The notes: a model not told the origin generated them from the sequence alone. 63,901 nt of DNA, filler included, from Nitrospirae bacterium CG2_30_53_67 (GCA_001873285.1; 6 parts of 6 records of this genome joined end to end with filler, not necessarily neighbours in it), one strand, 5' to 3'. Counted from the first letter of the whole stretch, positions 1 through 10,471 are shown. A program made the numbers and translations.

Positions 1-145
1 GGAATGCTTCGGAGAGGTGAAATAGCAGAAATACAAAAATCTGAATCTGCTCTGAGGTTGGTTATCAGTCCTCGTTGGTTCAGTTTATTTACTCGACCGG
101 CCTCGCATGGCTTCGCGGGGCCGGCAGGACGGTATGTAGCAGGGC

Positions 146-1588
146 TTACTGGTTCATGGAGGCCAGGAAATCCTTGTTGCTTTTGGTCCCTTTGAGTTTG
201 TCGAGCAGGAACTCCATGCTTTCCACGGTCCCCATGGGGTGCAGGAGTTTCCGTAAGACCCAGATCCGGTTCAGGTCGTCCTTGTCGATCAAGAGCTCTT
301 CTTTCCGGGTCCCGGAGCGGGCGATGTCGATGGCCGGGAAGATGCGTCTTTCCAGAAGCTTCCTCTCGAGATGGATCTCCATGTTTCCTGTTCCCTTGAA
401 TTCTTCGTAGATGATGTCGTCCATCCGGCTTCCCGTGTCGATCAGGGCTGTGGCAATAATAGTCAGGCTCCCTCCGTCTTCAATGTTCCGGGCCGCGCCG
501 AAGAAGCGTTTGGGCTTATGAAGGGCGTTGGAGTCCACGCCTCCTGAAAGGATCTTCCCGCTGGAGGGGACGACCGTATTATAGGCGCGCGCCAAACGGG
601 TGATGCTGTCGAGGAGGATGATCACATCCCTTTTATGCTCGACCAGCCGCTTTGCTTTTTCGATGACCATCTCCGCCACCTGCACATGCCGCTGGGCGGG
701 TTCATCAAAGGTGGAACTCACCACTTCCCCGTGGACACTCCGTTCCATATCCGTGACTTCTTCCGGACGTTCGTCGATCAGGAGGACGATCAGGACGCAT
801 TCCGGGTGGTTCTTGGTGATGGAGTTGGCGATGTTCTGCAGGAGCATGGTTTTGCCGGCCTTGGGCGGGGAGACAATCAGCCCGCGCTGTCCTTTGCCGA
901 TGGGGGCCAGGAGGTCGACGACCCGGGTTGAATATTCTTCAGGTGTCCGCTCCATGACCATCCTCTCCTGGGGATAGAGAGGGGTCAGGTTGTCAAAGAG
1001 GATCTTATCCTTGGCCTTTTCCGGGTCTTCATAGTTGACCGCCTCCACCTTGAGGAGAGCGAAGTAGCGCTCTGTCTCTTTGGGAGGACGGATCTGGCCG
1101 GAAATGGTGTCACCGGTCTTCAGATTGAACCGCCTGATCTGGGAAGGGGAGACATAGATGTCATCCGGACCCGGTAGGTAGTTGTAATCCGGGGCTCTGA
1201 GAAAGCCGAAGCCGTCAGGGAGGGTCTCCAGGACCCCTTCTCCGAAGATAAACCCGCTTTTTTCCGTCTGGGCCTGAAGTATGGCGAAAATCAGTTCCTG
1301 TTTTCTCATGCCGCTGGCGCCTTCGACGCCCATATCCCTGGCCAGCTTGCTCAAATCGGAGATGCTTTTTTCCTTGAGTTCGGAAATGTTGAGGCTGTTT
1401 TCATTAAAGACGATATCTCTGGTCGTACCGTTAGCGTTTCTTGCGCCGTTTTCTGAGGGTTCAGGTGATGATCCGTTCATCTCCGGTCCAGGGACTGATG
1501 GGCTGGCTTCGGATTGATTCTCTTTCTCCTCATCCGTTTCAGGAACAGCCTTTGTCCTTTTGCGTACGCCCTTTTCTTTGGTTGTCAT
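146..1588 (-). CDS. rho: Transcription termination factor Rho with an acidic N-terminal extension
   Basis: GFGFLR and [15 protein letters not shown]-binding motifs, P-loop [29 protein letters not shown]. Confidence 0.99.
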   Translation of the reverse strand: MTTKEKGVRKRTKAVPETDEEKENQSEASPSVPGPEMNGSSPEPSENGARNANGTTRDIVFNENSLNISELKEKSISDLSKLARDMGVEGASGMRKQELIFAILQAQTEKSGFIFGEGVLETLPDGFGFLRAPDYNYLPGPDDIYVSPSQIRRFNLKTGDTISGQIRPPKETERYFALLKVEAVNYEDPEKAKDKILFDNLTPLYPQERMVMERTPEEYSTRVVDLLAPIGKGQRGLIVSPPKAGKTMLLQNIANSITKNHPECVLIVLLIDERPEEVTDMERSVHGEVVSSTFDEPAQRHVQVAEMVIEKAKRLVEHKRDVIILLDSITRLARAYNTVVPSSGKILSGGVDSNALHKPKRFFGAARNIEDGGSLTIIATALIDTGSRMDDIIYEEFKGTGNMEIHLERKLLERRIFPAIDIARSGTRKEELLIDKDDLNRIWVLRKLLHPMGTVESMEFLLDKLKGTKSNKDFLASMNQ

Positions 1589-1900
1589 ACCAGTTCCTCC
1601 CTTTCCTTTCTTTTTATGCGTCTTTCCGACCGGATTGACGAATTGTTATGATCGCTACGATCCATGACTTCTATCCGTTTTCTGCAATGGTATGCAAGAC
1701 GCTTTTCTAAAAATGTTTGTAATGATAAACGGCCCTTGTTTTTTGCCATCAGATGCCGGTAAAACGGCTGAAAGGCTCATGGTGCTGTTGCGGAACGATC
1801 ATGTGGGTGTTATGAAACCTCTTTGGGTTGAATGGTTAGTTTTTATCCTGAAGAAATTATAGAATCTGGTATCGTATCTTTTCCAGGTATGTTTAAATTT

Positions 1901-1929
1901 ACTATAAACTAACGGCGAGAGGTTGTCAA
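1901..1929 (-). promoter_or_regulatory. Sigma70-type promoter for rho
   Basis: Minus strand TTGACA-17 nt-TATAGT, about 310 nt upstream of the rho ATG. Confidence 0.7.
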
Positions 1930-2020
1930 TATTTTTTTTCAATGATGTGTTAGCAAAGGGAAAATGTCCCCTTGATCTGCTTTAGAATTTCTATATCGGG
2001 ATTCGGGATCAGTTTTAATC

Positions 2021-2049
2021 TTGACAGAGCCGTTTAGGATTGGTAAACT
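2021..2049 (+). promoter_or_regulatory. Sigma70-type promoter for the 2100 ORF
   Basis: TTGACA-17 nt-TAAACT. Confidence 0.65.
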
Positions 2050-2099
2050 GAAAAAAACAATCAGAAGAGAACTTTAAATCTGGAGAAAAGTTTAAAGAA

Positions 2100-2780
2100 A
2101 TGTTAGTTAAAGAAATAAAAGCCTTATTTATAGCAATTTGTCTTGTTTTTTGGGCTAATGCACAAGTTTTTTCAACCGATATTCCAAAATCCAATAAGAG
2201 TTCCCCGGCTGTCTCCTTTTATCATCCATCGGGGATGAATGGTTTCATCATTTATGATGTGAATCCGAGCATGCATAAAGACGGATTGGGATATCGAAAC
2301 AAAAGCCTCAGTTTTTCTTCCCCCTTGGGATTGCCGGTGACGGTCGAGGTGGAGGGATATAGTGTCTCAAACAGGTCTGATGATCCGCAGGAAATCTTTC
2401 AGGATACGGAGAGCAATTATCTGGAGATTTTTTCCATTCAGCATGCCCTGAACTATGGAACAAGAAGTTCGCTCTCTCCCAAGAATGCGGATTCCTCGGA
2501 CATTACCATGGTTGTGGCGAGCGCAAATTATCAGGCCACGGACCGGCTCGCCGCTAAATTATCGACCGGCGTCTCTCAGACCATCAATGAAAAGATCGGT
2601 TCGGCCTCTTCCCTCGGTTACGAGCTGGACATCACCGGTCTTTATGAGATTGCTCCAGGCCTCTCTTTTTCCGTCGGGGCCGGATACGCCACGAACCTGG
2701 ATTCCTTCAAGGATTCTTACCAGATCCAGGATGGAAAACGGACCTTTTCTCTCATCTCCAAACTCCGTCTGAAATTCTGA
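2100..2780 (+). CDS. Exported protein, probable outer-membrane beta-barrel/porin-like
   Basis: Signal peptide (…FWANA), alternating beta-strand pattern, GYELD motif, C-terminal Phe. Confidence 0.6.
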   Translation: MLVKEIKALFIAICLVFWANAQVFSTDIPKSNKSSPAVSFYHPSGMNGFIIYDVNPSMHKDGLGYRNKSLSFSSPLGLPVTVEVEGYSVSNRSDDPQEIFQDTESNYLEIFSIQHALNYGTRSSLSPKNADSSDITMVVASANYQATDRLAAKLSTGVSQTINEKIGSASSLGYELDITGLYEIAPGLSFSVGAGYATNLDSFKDSYQIQDGKRTFSLISKLRLKF

Positions 2781-2871
2781 ATCCAACAAAGGCGCCTTTG
2801 AATAACCGGCTCGACGAATGCATGGATTGTTTTCTAAAGCAGGATCGTTCGAGCATTGAAGGGAGGCGGAT

Positions 2872-3204
2872 ATGATCTGTGATCTGGCAAGCAAGGAGTG
2901 TGTCCCCTGCAAGGGAGGTGTGCCTCCTCTAAAGGGCCAGGAACTAAAATCCTTATGGGATACGCTGGGCAACCATTGGCAGGTGATCGATGAACGTTAT
3001 CTGGAGAAAGAATATAAGTTTAAAAACTTCCGGGAAGCCCTCGACTTCACAAACAAGGTCGGAGAACTGGCAGAAGCCCAGGGCCATCATCCGGACATCA
3101 CCCTTTCCTGGGGAAAGGTCAAGCTCATGGTCTGGACACACAAGATCAACGGCCTGACAGAGAGTGATTTCATCTTCGCGGCCAAGTCAGACCGTCTGCC
3201 GTAA
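2872..3204 (+). CDS. phhB: Pterin-4-alpha-carbinolamine dehydratase
   Basis: AEAQGHHPDI, WTHKINGLTESDF; N-terminal CVPCKGG. Confidence 0.93.
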   Translation: MICDLASKECVPCKGGVPPLKGQELKSLWDTLGNHWQVIDERYLEKEYKFKNFREALDFTNKVGELAEAQGHHPDITLSWGKVKLMVWTHKINGLTESDFIFAAKSDRLP

Positions 3205-3210
3205 TCCTGA

Positions 3211-3741
3211 TCAGTATTCGATCCCTTCACGAGCGGGCAACCCGCTGGTCTCGGCCGGATGCTTGATCTTTTTCATTTCAGTGACATAGTCGGCCTTCTC
3301 AAGCACACGCGAGTCGGCGCCCCTTCCGGTGAGGACCATCTCGATGTTTTGGGGTTTGCTTTCCATCAGGGTCAGCAGGGCATCCACAGGTAATAAACCC
3401 TGGGCCGTACAGTTGTTGATCTCATCGAGGATCACCAGGTCGAAATCCCCCTGAAGAATCAGACGCTCTGCTTTAGCAAAGTCCTTCCGGACGGTTTCGG
3501 CAAGGATCTTCGGATCCACGGCCGGATCAAAAAGCGGGTGGACCTCTTTAAACCGCATGACCTCCATACCGAGAAGCTGTCTTTTCCCGGCCGTGATCTC
3601 CCCGGATTCGGCGCCGCCTCCTTTGAGAAACTGGACAAAGAGCACACGCCTGCCGTGGCCCACGCACCGCGCGGCAAGACCGAAAGCCGCCGTGGTCTTC
3701 CCCTTGCCGTCGCCGGTATAGACATGGATCATCCCGCGCAT
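3211..3741 (-). CDS. cobO: Cob(I)yrinic acid a,c-diamide adenosyltransferase (CobO/BtuR)
   Basis: HVYTGDGKGKTTAA, QFLKG, ILDEI, LTGR; start set at ATG 3741 behind a GGAGG RBS. Confidence 0.93.
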   Translation of the reverse strand: MRGMIHVYTGDGKGKTTAAFGLAARCVGHGRRVLFVQFLKGGGAESGEITAGKRQLLGMEVMRFKEVHPLFDPAVDPKILAETVRKDFAKAERLILQGDFDLVILDEINNCTAQGLLPVDALLTLMESKPQNIEMVLTGRGADSRVLEKADYVTEMKKIKHPAETSGLPAREGIEY

Positions 3742-3763
3742 AAACCCTCCGTATCCTGAATAT

Positions 3764-4159
3764 TCATCCCTGCCTGATCTCATATTCAAGCACGGGCTCG
3801 TGGGCCAGGGTATGGTGTATGGTGCATCCCTTGCATACGGCAAGGATCTGATCGTGTTTTTCGTCCGGGAACCCGGGGGGGAGGTGAATGATGGTCTTGA
3901 TCTTGCTGACGCGGTAAGGGTTTTTTTCAAAACCCCAGTCGGCCTCTACACGAAGACCCTGGGCCGGGATATGGTTCCGTTCCATGTAGTGGGCGGCATA
4001 GTAGGCCACGCAGCCGGAAAGCGAGGCGATAAAGAGTTCCACCGGGCTCATACCGAGATTGGTCCCGCCCCCCTTGACCGGCTGGTCGATGATCACCTGA
4101 TGTTCTCCGGATTCGGCGACAAACCGGTACTGATCCTCCAAACGGACCACCATAGGCAT
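3764..4159 (-). CDS. OsmC/YhfA family protein
   Basis: DQPxxxGG, SPVELFIASLSGC, second Cys in CTIHHTL. Confidence 0.85.
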   Translation of the reverse strand: MPMVVRLEDQYRFVAESGEHQVIIDQPVKGGGTNLGMSPVELFIASLSGCVAYYAAHYMERNHIPAQGLRVEADWGFEKNPYRVSKIKTIIHLPPGFPDEKHDQILAVCKGCTIHHTLAHEPVLEYEIRQG

Positions 4160-4177
4160 ATGCAATACTCCTTTAAA

Positions 4178-6445
4178 TTAAAAATGAAATATCTTGTCCA
4201 GGGGCTTCAGGATCTCTTCCCCGCCGGGACCCAGCTTTTCTTTGATTTTCTCCTTGAGCTGCTCCTTCTTCTTTTCAATAACCTGCCGGGCCTGTCCTTT
4301 GATCAGGGCTTCCATGTCCACCATGACATTCGGCTTGGCCGTATTGCCGGTTACCTTAAAGGGGATGTACTTCCTTTTTTTCTCGTCGATCAGATAATAG
4401 CTGAACCTCTTTGTTTGGGATTCTCCGACCTGCCGGAGGATCATGCGCGCATTGAGATTCAGATCCTGCTTGATGAACCCGGTCTCTCCGTTGGCTGAAA
4501 ATCCGTGATTCTTGGAGGTGATTGCGGCATCCTGAATTTGAATCTTGCCGGATCCGATGCGGAACGTCCCGAAGCACTCATCGAAGGGAGTCTGATCCCC
4601 TTGTGCGATCTGCATCCCTGCCATCTGCGCGAGTTCGGTCACAGGAAGGCCGAACTTGCCGCCGATGGCCGAGAAAATCTTTTCTTCCAGGTTCACATTT
4701 TTTAAAACCCCGTTGACCACCTTGAAATCACCTTGGCCGGTCAGGTTTTTTTCGAGATCCGCCTTGTCGAAGCCGGCGCCGGAGAGGTTCAGATGGGTGT
4801 CGAGCTCACCTTCGATCTTCTCTTTGCGCGCGGCAAAGCTTTCCTGGAGCTTTGCGAGATCGATACGGGAAGTCTGGACCTGAGCCTGAAACGGAGGATT
4901 GAGAGCGCCGAGGTCCGCTCTGATATTTCCTGATGCGGAACCCTGTTCTCCGAATCCCTTGACGGAAAAATCGGTGAGGCTGACGCGGTTTCCGCTCTTT
5001 TCGTAATTTCCCTTCAGGTCTGAGAAGGCGACATTTTCGATCGTGCCTTTTGCAATCTCTATCTTTCCTTTGAAGTCAATCTTCTCGGGCAATGGAGACC
5101 CGGCTGCCTTTTTAGGTTCGGCGGATGCAGCCGCCTCTGCAGAGATGGACGGCCATTGAGGAATTTTCTTTGCTTCAGGTTTGGCCGGGTTCTTTTTCTC
5201 CGGGAGTTTGATTGCAAGGTTCGGAGAAGACAAGTCCAGGGTCATCAGCATTTTCTCCTTGGGCTTGCCGGAGATGCTCCCCTTTGCCTTCAGGGAGCCG
5301 TCCAGACCCATGCCCGATAGGGCGGGAAAGATCTTGTCCCAGCCCGGCAAGGGGATGTCGCTGCTACTGATCAGCATGGAAAGTGAAGGGTCGCTCTGGA
5401 ATTTCAATACTTCGCCTTTGATATCGAGCTTCGCGCGGTCCACGGTGAGGTCCGCTTTGCGGAATACGATCTTCTGGTCTTTCAGATGCAGGGAAAGGTC
5501 TTGTTCAAGGCTGATATTCAATCCTTGAACCAGAGGCTGGTTTTTTGCAGCATCATTCAAGGTCAGTGAATCCACCTTTGCGGCGCCGGAAATCTTCAGG
5601 CCTGAGGCGAGATTGCCCGAGAGGTCTGAAGTGACGGTCAACGTTCCATCCTGGATCATGACCGGAGGCTTGGGCCCCAGAAAATCCATGAGCCGTTTGA
5701 CTGCGAACTTCCGGATCGCCATCTGGAGGGCAAGAGGCATGTTCTTCGTGTTGAGGTCCGCTCCTACAGGTCCGATGGTCCCCTTGATTTCGATGTCTTT
5801 GGCATCGCTGTTCACTCCGAAGGAAAGGGAGAAGGGGATCGGTTTTTCCAGGGAGACATCCTCGAGCACGAGATCAAGGCGCTGGATCCGAAGTCCTTTC
5901 TTCATGGACTCGGATCCTGCGTCATAATATGAAAGGGCCGCGTCGGAAATCCTGACCTGAGAGACGATCAGGCTGGTCAGGTCGGAAAGAGGGGACTTGG
6001 CCTCTGCCTCTTTTTTCTGTTCTACGGCCGGCGGCGCGGCCGCCTTTTTGCCGCTGATATCGCTGAAGTTGAAGACCCCGTCTTTGTTCTTTTCGATCAG
6101 AATGCTGGGCTTCATGAGAATCACCCGGTCCACCTCCAGCTTTTTTTTAAGGAGCGGGAGGAACCTGACCTTGACATCCATGTCCGAGATGGAGAGCATG
6201 GACTCATCACGAAACCCTTTGGCGTTGGAGAGCGACACATCGGTCAGACGCAGGCCGAGCCCGGTAAAGAGCGTCAGCCGGATGTCTCCCATTTTGATAT
6301 CCCGGTTGATGACCTCTCCCGCCCTGGCCAGGATCTGATCCTTGTATTGATTCAGGAATACCGGTGATAGGGCGATGGCCGCTCCCATGATGACCACCAG
6401 GACTACGATGATGCCTGCGAGGATGATCAGGGTTTTTTTCATCAT
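4178..6445 (-). CDS. AsmA family protein
   Basis: N-terminal TM anchor, AsmA-like N-domain (…PLLKKKLEVDRVIL…DGVFNFSD), beta-rich body. Confidence 0.85.
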   Translation of the reverse strand: MMKKTLIILAGIIVVLVVIMGAAIALSPVFLNQYKDQILARAGEVINRDIKMGDIRLTLFTGLGLRLTDVSLSNAKGFRDESMLSISDMDVKVRFLPLLKKKLEVDRVILMKPSILIEKNKDGVFNFSDISGKKAAAPPAVEQKKEAEAKSPLSDLTSLIVSQVRISDAALSYYDAGSESMKKGLRIQRLDLVLEDVSLEKPIPFSLSFGVNSDAKDIEIKGTIGPVGADLNTKNMPLALQMAIRKFAVKRLMDFLGPKPPVMIQDGTLTVTSDLSGNLASGLKISGAAKVDSLTLNDAAKNQPLVQGLNISLEQDLSLHLKDQKIVFRKADLTVDRAKLDIKGEVLKFQSDPSLSMLISSSDIPLPGWDKIFPALSGMGLDGSLKAKGSISGKPKEKMLMTLDLSSPNLAIKLPEKKNPAKPEAKKIPQWPSISAEAAASAEPKKAAGSPLPEKIDFKGKIEIAKGTIENVAFSDLKGNYEKSGNRVSLTDFSVKGFGEQGSASGNIRADLGALNPPFQAQVQTSRIDLAKLQESFAARKEKIEGELDTHLNLSGAGFDKADLEKNLTGQGDFKVVNGVLKNVNLEEKIFSAIGGKFGLPVTELAQMAGMQIAQGDQTPFDECFGTFRIGSGKIQIQDAAITSKNHGFSANGETGFIKQDLNLNARMILRQVGESQTKRFSYYLIDEKKRKYIPFKVTGNTAKPNVMVDMEALIKGQARQVIEKKKEQLKEKIKEKLGPGGEEILKPLDKIFHF

Positions 6446-6502
6446 GGCTCCCCTCCTTTTGATGCCCCGCCGAGGTTACACCGGGCGGCAGGTCGTCCTT
6501 TT

Positions 6503-6931
6503 TTAATTGCCTTTGATCACTTCCACGTATTGCATTCTCAGGTCATAGAGGATGGATTCCATGAACTGAGCCTCCTCCGGGGTCAGGTTCCCCTTGGTCT
6601 TCTTCTCGATCATGGCGATGATATCAATGGTCTGCTTGGCAAGATCCAGGTTTTTTTCCCTGGTTTTTGTAACCGGGTTGGGGATAATCCCCATCTGCAT
6701 CATGGCAGAACTGCTCAGGGAGAGGATAAAGAAATTGAAGTCGATCTCCGGGAGAGGAGATTTTTTATCTTGTGTTCCGGCTGCGGGTTCAGTTGTTTTT
6801 TCAGCCTGCTTCTCTTTTTTGGGTTCAGCCCCTTTCCCGGTTTGTACCGTTTCATCCTCTTGATCGAGGGATTTCCGCTTGTCCACGAATGAAAATCCCT
6901 TCTCCTTTTTTTCTTCTTCAGACATGGTCAC
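6503..6931 (-). CDS. DUF1844 domain protein
   Basis: LAKQTIDII…KTKGNLTPEE…LYDLRMQYV. Confidence 0.85.
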   Translation of the reverse strand: MTMSEEEKKEKGFSFVDKRKSLDQEDETVQTGKGAEPKKEKQAEKTTEPAAGTQDKKSPLPEIDFNFFILSLSSSAMMQMGIIPNPVTKTREKNLDLAKQTIDIIAMIEKKTKGNLTPEEAQFMESILYDLRMQYVEVIKGN

Positions 6932-7146
6932 TCCTCCTCGTCTGACTCGAAATGAATGGTTCTGATCCTTTTTGTCTTTTACGGGATGTGCCCCTCCGGT
7001 AAAAAAGTTGCTTCCTGAAGAAGCAATCCGGCCGGCGGCTGTGTGAGTCTAAAAGTATATAACATAGAAAAAGGGGTTCTGCAAGCAAAGGTATGATTTG
7101 AAGACGTGATCATTTGAGGCCGGGAATGCGGGGAAAAAACGGAGTT

Positions 7147-7827
7147 CTATATTTCCCCCTCTTTTTTAAGGAGAATCAGCTGGTTGAATACAAAACGCAT
7201 GATGGCATCCCGGAGGCGGCCATGAATATTGTAAAACTCGATGCCGTATTCATACAGGAGGTCCTTCTTTGTTTTCTCGATGATCCCGCCCCGGACCACC
7301 CTTGAGGGGATATCATCAAGATCCATGTCCTGGTCGAGGCTGAAGAAGAGGAGGATCTCGCTTCCGATAGAAATTTCTTTTTCGGTTTCCACCAAGACCC
7401 CGCCGGCGCTGATGTTTTGGATCGTCCCGGGGAAGACGCCTTCAGGGTCATGGATGGACCCGCCGGGGATCCGGCAGGTGACTGGGATGTCCACAGCGAC
7501 CCGAAAATATTTTCTTCTCTGGAGTCGGAGAATCTCTTTGGGGCAGGTGAGGATCATCTGGGAGGCATAGTCTCCCTGGTATCCTTCCACCTTGGATTCG
7601 AACCCGTATCTCTGGTCTTTATAGACATAGTAGATCCAGCAATGGGTCTCAGCCGGTGCGCATTTGGCGACCGGGGTGGCGACGGTGATGTGATCCTCCC
7701 CGATTCCTTGGACCCGGCTTGCATATTCCTCCAGGAAATCAGGATGGTCGAAGTCGATTTCGATCTGCTGTTTGACCTTGAGGAAAGACCGGATATCTTT
7801 AATGATCGTTGTATCGTCTTTCATCAA
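7147..7827 (-). CDS. PilZ-domain (YcgR-like) c-di-GMP effector
   Basis: QRRKYFR (RxxxR) and NISAGG ((D/N)xSxxG) motifs. Confidence 0.9.
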   Translation of the reverse strand: MMKDDTTIIKDIRSFLKVKQQIEIDFDHPDFLEEYASRVQGIGEDHITVATPVAKCAPAETHCWIYYVYKDQRYGFESKVEGYQGDYASQMILTCPKEILRLQRRKYFRVAVDIPVTCRIPGGSIHDPEGVFPGTIQNISAGGVLVETEKEISIGSEILLFFSLDQDMDLDDIPSRVVRGGIIEKTKKDLLYEYGIEFYNIHGRLRDAIMRFVFNQLILLKKEGEI

Positions 7828-8042
7828 TGAGATTCCCGTCCCTTCATCGTATCATGGCAGATAAGTGCGCTATGGTCATTAGATGCTCTGATCCCGGATG
7901 TTCTTCGTGATACGACATAAATGACTATAACGAACCTGAAGGAGCAAGTCAAGGAAAGGCGTCCTGGCATCCAGGCGAGAGATCAGGGTATGGAGAAATA
8001 ACATTCCCTCATCGGAAGATGATCGAGAAGGACTGAAACGAT

Positions 8043-8498
8043 TCAGAATGCGTAAAGGAGGCCCACCTGGTAGAAGATGAGCAGGATATAGATGAACAGA
8101 ACCAGGTAAGTCAGACTGCGGACGAAGGTGAAGTTCTTGTGAAGGCATAGGATGATGACGCCTAATGAAGTAATGAAGAATTTATAGGGGAAAAAGGCGA
8201 GCGCCCCCTTTTCAATCAAGACCTGCATAATCGGGTTCAATTCCTTACCGCCGTGGGAGACATAGTTGTATGTGAATATCCCATCGAGCAGTGAGAGAAT
8301 AATAATAAGGACAAGAACGGCAAAGAGCCACGGGCTATAAAGGTCCACGTAGTAATTGGATCGCGGGTCAGTGGTGCGCCGGTGTCCTTTTCTCCTTCCA
8401 AGAAGCGTATGCTTCCGGAAGAGATGCGTCGGTCTTTTCCTGCGGTCATCAGGGTTTTGACGCTTGTTCAGTCCTGTTGAATCCGGTATGGGTCCCAT
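8043..8498 (-). CDS. DUF5658-like membrane protein with Arg-rich N-terminus
   Basis: LSLLDGIFT…GGKELNPIM motif and TM helices; ATG 8498 has a GAGGT RBS. Confidence 0.7.
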   Translation of the reverse strand: MGPIPDSTGLNKRQNPDDRRKRPTHLFRKHTLLGRRKGHRRTTDPRSNYYVDLYSPWLFAVLVLIIILSLLDGIFTYNYVSHGGKELNPIMQVLIEKGALAFFPYKFFITSLGVIILCLHKNFTFVRSLTYLVLFIYILLIFYQVGLLYAF

Positions 8499-8522
8499 TT
8501 TTACCTCGTATTCTGTAATATT

Positions 8523-8538
8523 TGCAAATAACATGCCA
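8523..8538 (-). promoter_or_regulatory. Sigma54 (-24/-12) promoter
   Basis: Minus strand TGGCATGTTATTTGCA = GG-N10-GC consensus, 25 nt upstream of ATG 8498. Confidence 0.8.
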
Positions 8539-8644
8539 TATTTAACTGTTTATCGGCGTATTATTTAAAAATTAGGATAATTAAGTACTTTGGATAGATT
8601 CAGATATATGATTTGAAGGATTATCCTGAATTCTGCCCCTTTTC

Positions 8645-8703
8645 GTGGGTAAAATTTTTCACTTTTTAGGAAAAAAATTTCCCAAAATGGGAAAAATATT
8701 TCC
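8645..8703. promoter_or_regulatory. Three tandem imperfect palindromes, putative enhancer (bEBP) sites
   Basis: GTGGGTAAAATTTTTCAC / AGGAAAAAAATTTCCC / GGGAAAAATATTTCC, about 110-165 nt upstream of the sigma54 site. Confidence 0.55.
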
Positions 8704-9088
8704 TTTCGGTCAGGCCCCGCTTCTCCGGAGTTTGGGGTTCAGGCGGGAGGCTTTCTCGTGGATCCATGAGCGTCATTTCCCACCATGCCTTGGGTGTGGT
8801 CATACTGCAGGAGGACCCGCATTTCATGGGATCGTAGATCTTGATCCAGGAAGGGGCTTCCGGGGTATGCACGTAAATCCAGCCCGCGCCGTGTTTGCGG
8901 GACTTGATTTCCTCCGACCGATCCGAGAGGAAAAGAGAGGCTTCGCTTCCTTTGGAAAGAAAAAGGGATTTCATCCCTTTCTCCGGGGAATGGATATACC
9001 AAGGGCCGATCATTTTGATCTTCTCGATCAGTTCATCTACACGCTCCCATGTGAGGAGTCCTGTCAGCGGCCTTGAGTTATTGGACAT
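8666..9088 (-). CDS. Hypothetical protein
   Basis: 140-aa ORF with protein-like composition; no family recognised. Confidence 0.5.
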   Translation of the reverse strand: MSNNSRPLTGLLTWERVDELIEKIKMIGPWYIHSPEKGMKSLFLSKGSEASLFLSDRSEEIKSRKHGAGWIYVHTPEAPSWIKIYDPMKCGSSCSMTTPKAWWEMTLMDPRESLPPEPQTPEKRGLTERKYFSHFGKFFS

Positions 9089-9267
9089 TATTTATTACAT
9101 ATCACAAATAAGGCAGAAATTCAAGAACGGGCTTTTTATTTGAGAATGGTTTTGAGGCGTTTCATGACCGCCATATCGCTCTCTGTAACATTGAGCCCTG
9201 ATTGCATGGTATACACAAACACCGAATCCTTGAGAACGATCTTCCCATCCTCTATTTTAGAACCTGT

Positions 9268-9438
9268 TCAGTCCAGTAGAAAAAAAGAGGGGCAGTCTTT
9301 GAGAGCCCGGTCGAACGTCGCTGTCACATCACATCCTTTGGCATGGTTCATCCTGCCGATAAGATAGTCGGCAAGATCAGCGCTTCCGTTTCTGTAATCG
9401 TGGATTGACTGGCGGACGATATCTTTAGATTCAATGTA
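9268..9438 (-). pseudogene. 5'-truncated PIN-domain (VapC-like) toxin
   Basis: Frame reads YIESKDIVRQSIHDYRNGSADLADYLIGRMNHAKGCDVTATFDRALKDCPSFFLLD*; no start codon or N-terminal PIN Asp. Confidence 0.75.
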
Positions 9439-9440
9439 TA

Positions 9441-9683
9441 TTATTTTCTCATGAACCGGCTCTTGATGGCTTTTGCCATCTCTTCTCCAGAGACGGCTTT
9501 CATGCCAGGCTTGTGCAATATACCCTCAAGCTCCTTGACATCCAGTGTCGCCGGTTCCAGAACGACTTTCCCGCTTTCTTCCACAATAAAATCAATCTTG
9601 TCGCCCGGCTGAAGCTTCAGATATTTTCTGATCTTTTTCGGTATGGTCGTCTGTCCCTTCACGGTCACGGTTGAAACAGCCAT
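9441..9683 (-). CDS. AbrB/MazE/SpoVT-family antitoxin
   Basis: STVTVKGQTTIPKKIRKYLKLQPGDKIDF; upstream palindrome TTTTCTTAC-N6-GTAAGGAAA (9707-9730). Confidence 0.9.
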   Translation of the reverse strand: MAVSTVTVKGQTTIPKKIRKYLKLQPGDKIDFIVEESGKVVLEPATLDVKELEGILHKPGMKAVSGEEMAKAIKSRFMRK

Positions 9684-9743
9684 ACATTTTCCTTTCAAAT
9701 TTATTATTTTCTTACCTAATAGTAAGGAAAAAGATTACTTTTG

Positions 9744-10226
9744 TTAAGATCTTCTTCTGAGGTTCAAAAGCTCTGCTATGATTTTAACCACCACCTTCTT
9801 GACCCGTTCAGGCGTATCCCCGATGATCAGGGAGGGCATATGGGCGTCATGGGGAAAGAAGGCGGCAAACACGCCGGCGCACAGCTCCACGCGGGCCGGT
9901 CCCGGATAAGGGCGGCTGAAAAATTCCGCGTCCTTGGATTCATCGTACGGCATATCGGTTTTAAGTCCATGGACCGGGAACCACTCAATCCCTTCCCGGC
10001 CGAGAAGCACGGTTTGAACATCCACATATTTCCGGTGCGCCTCAAGCACAGCCGATCCGAGGTTGCGGGTTTCATAACTCATAATCCGTGCGAAGATTTC
10101 GTCCCCCTGCAGAGGGTACTCCCCTTCTTCAATATCGGGTGTCAGGGATATCAGAAAATCAAAGGCTTTGTTCCAGGCCGAACCCAGATGATAATATCTC
10201 CAGTGCCGCAGCTCATCAACGATCAT
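9744..10226 (-). CDS. YhcH/YjgK/YiaL (DUF386) family protein
   Basis: EAHRKYVDVQ, YDESKDAEF, FFPHDAHMP, KKVVVKI. Confidence 0.92.
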   Translation of the reverse strand: MIVDELRHWRYYHLGSAWNKAFDFLISLTPDIEEGEYPLQGDEIFARIMSYETRNLGSAVLEAHRKYVDVQTVLLGREGIEWFPVHGLKTDMPYDESKDAEFFSRPYPGPARVELCAGVFAAFFPHDAHMPSLIIGDTPERVKKVVVKIIAELLNLRRRS

Positions 10227-10471
10227 ATATTCTTCTCTCCAAATCAGATATATTGCATGGTCCGTCGCCTTTCCTCTCTATACTTACATTTTGCCTATCA
10301 ACCATTTTGCAACGTAAGAAACAACGTCCCCAAGTCCCGCGCGTCCTCAAGTCCCGCCTTCGAGCTCAATTTTCCGTCTAATCGGGAGTTGCACTCTTTA
10401 ATCAAACTGCAGGACTCATTCTTTTACATGTTTGTGAATTGAATTTTCAATTGCTTGAAACCAGTCTAAGG

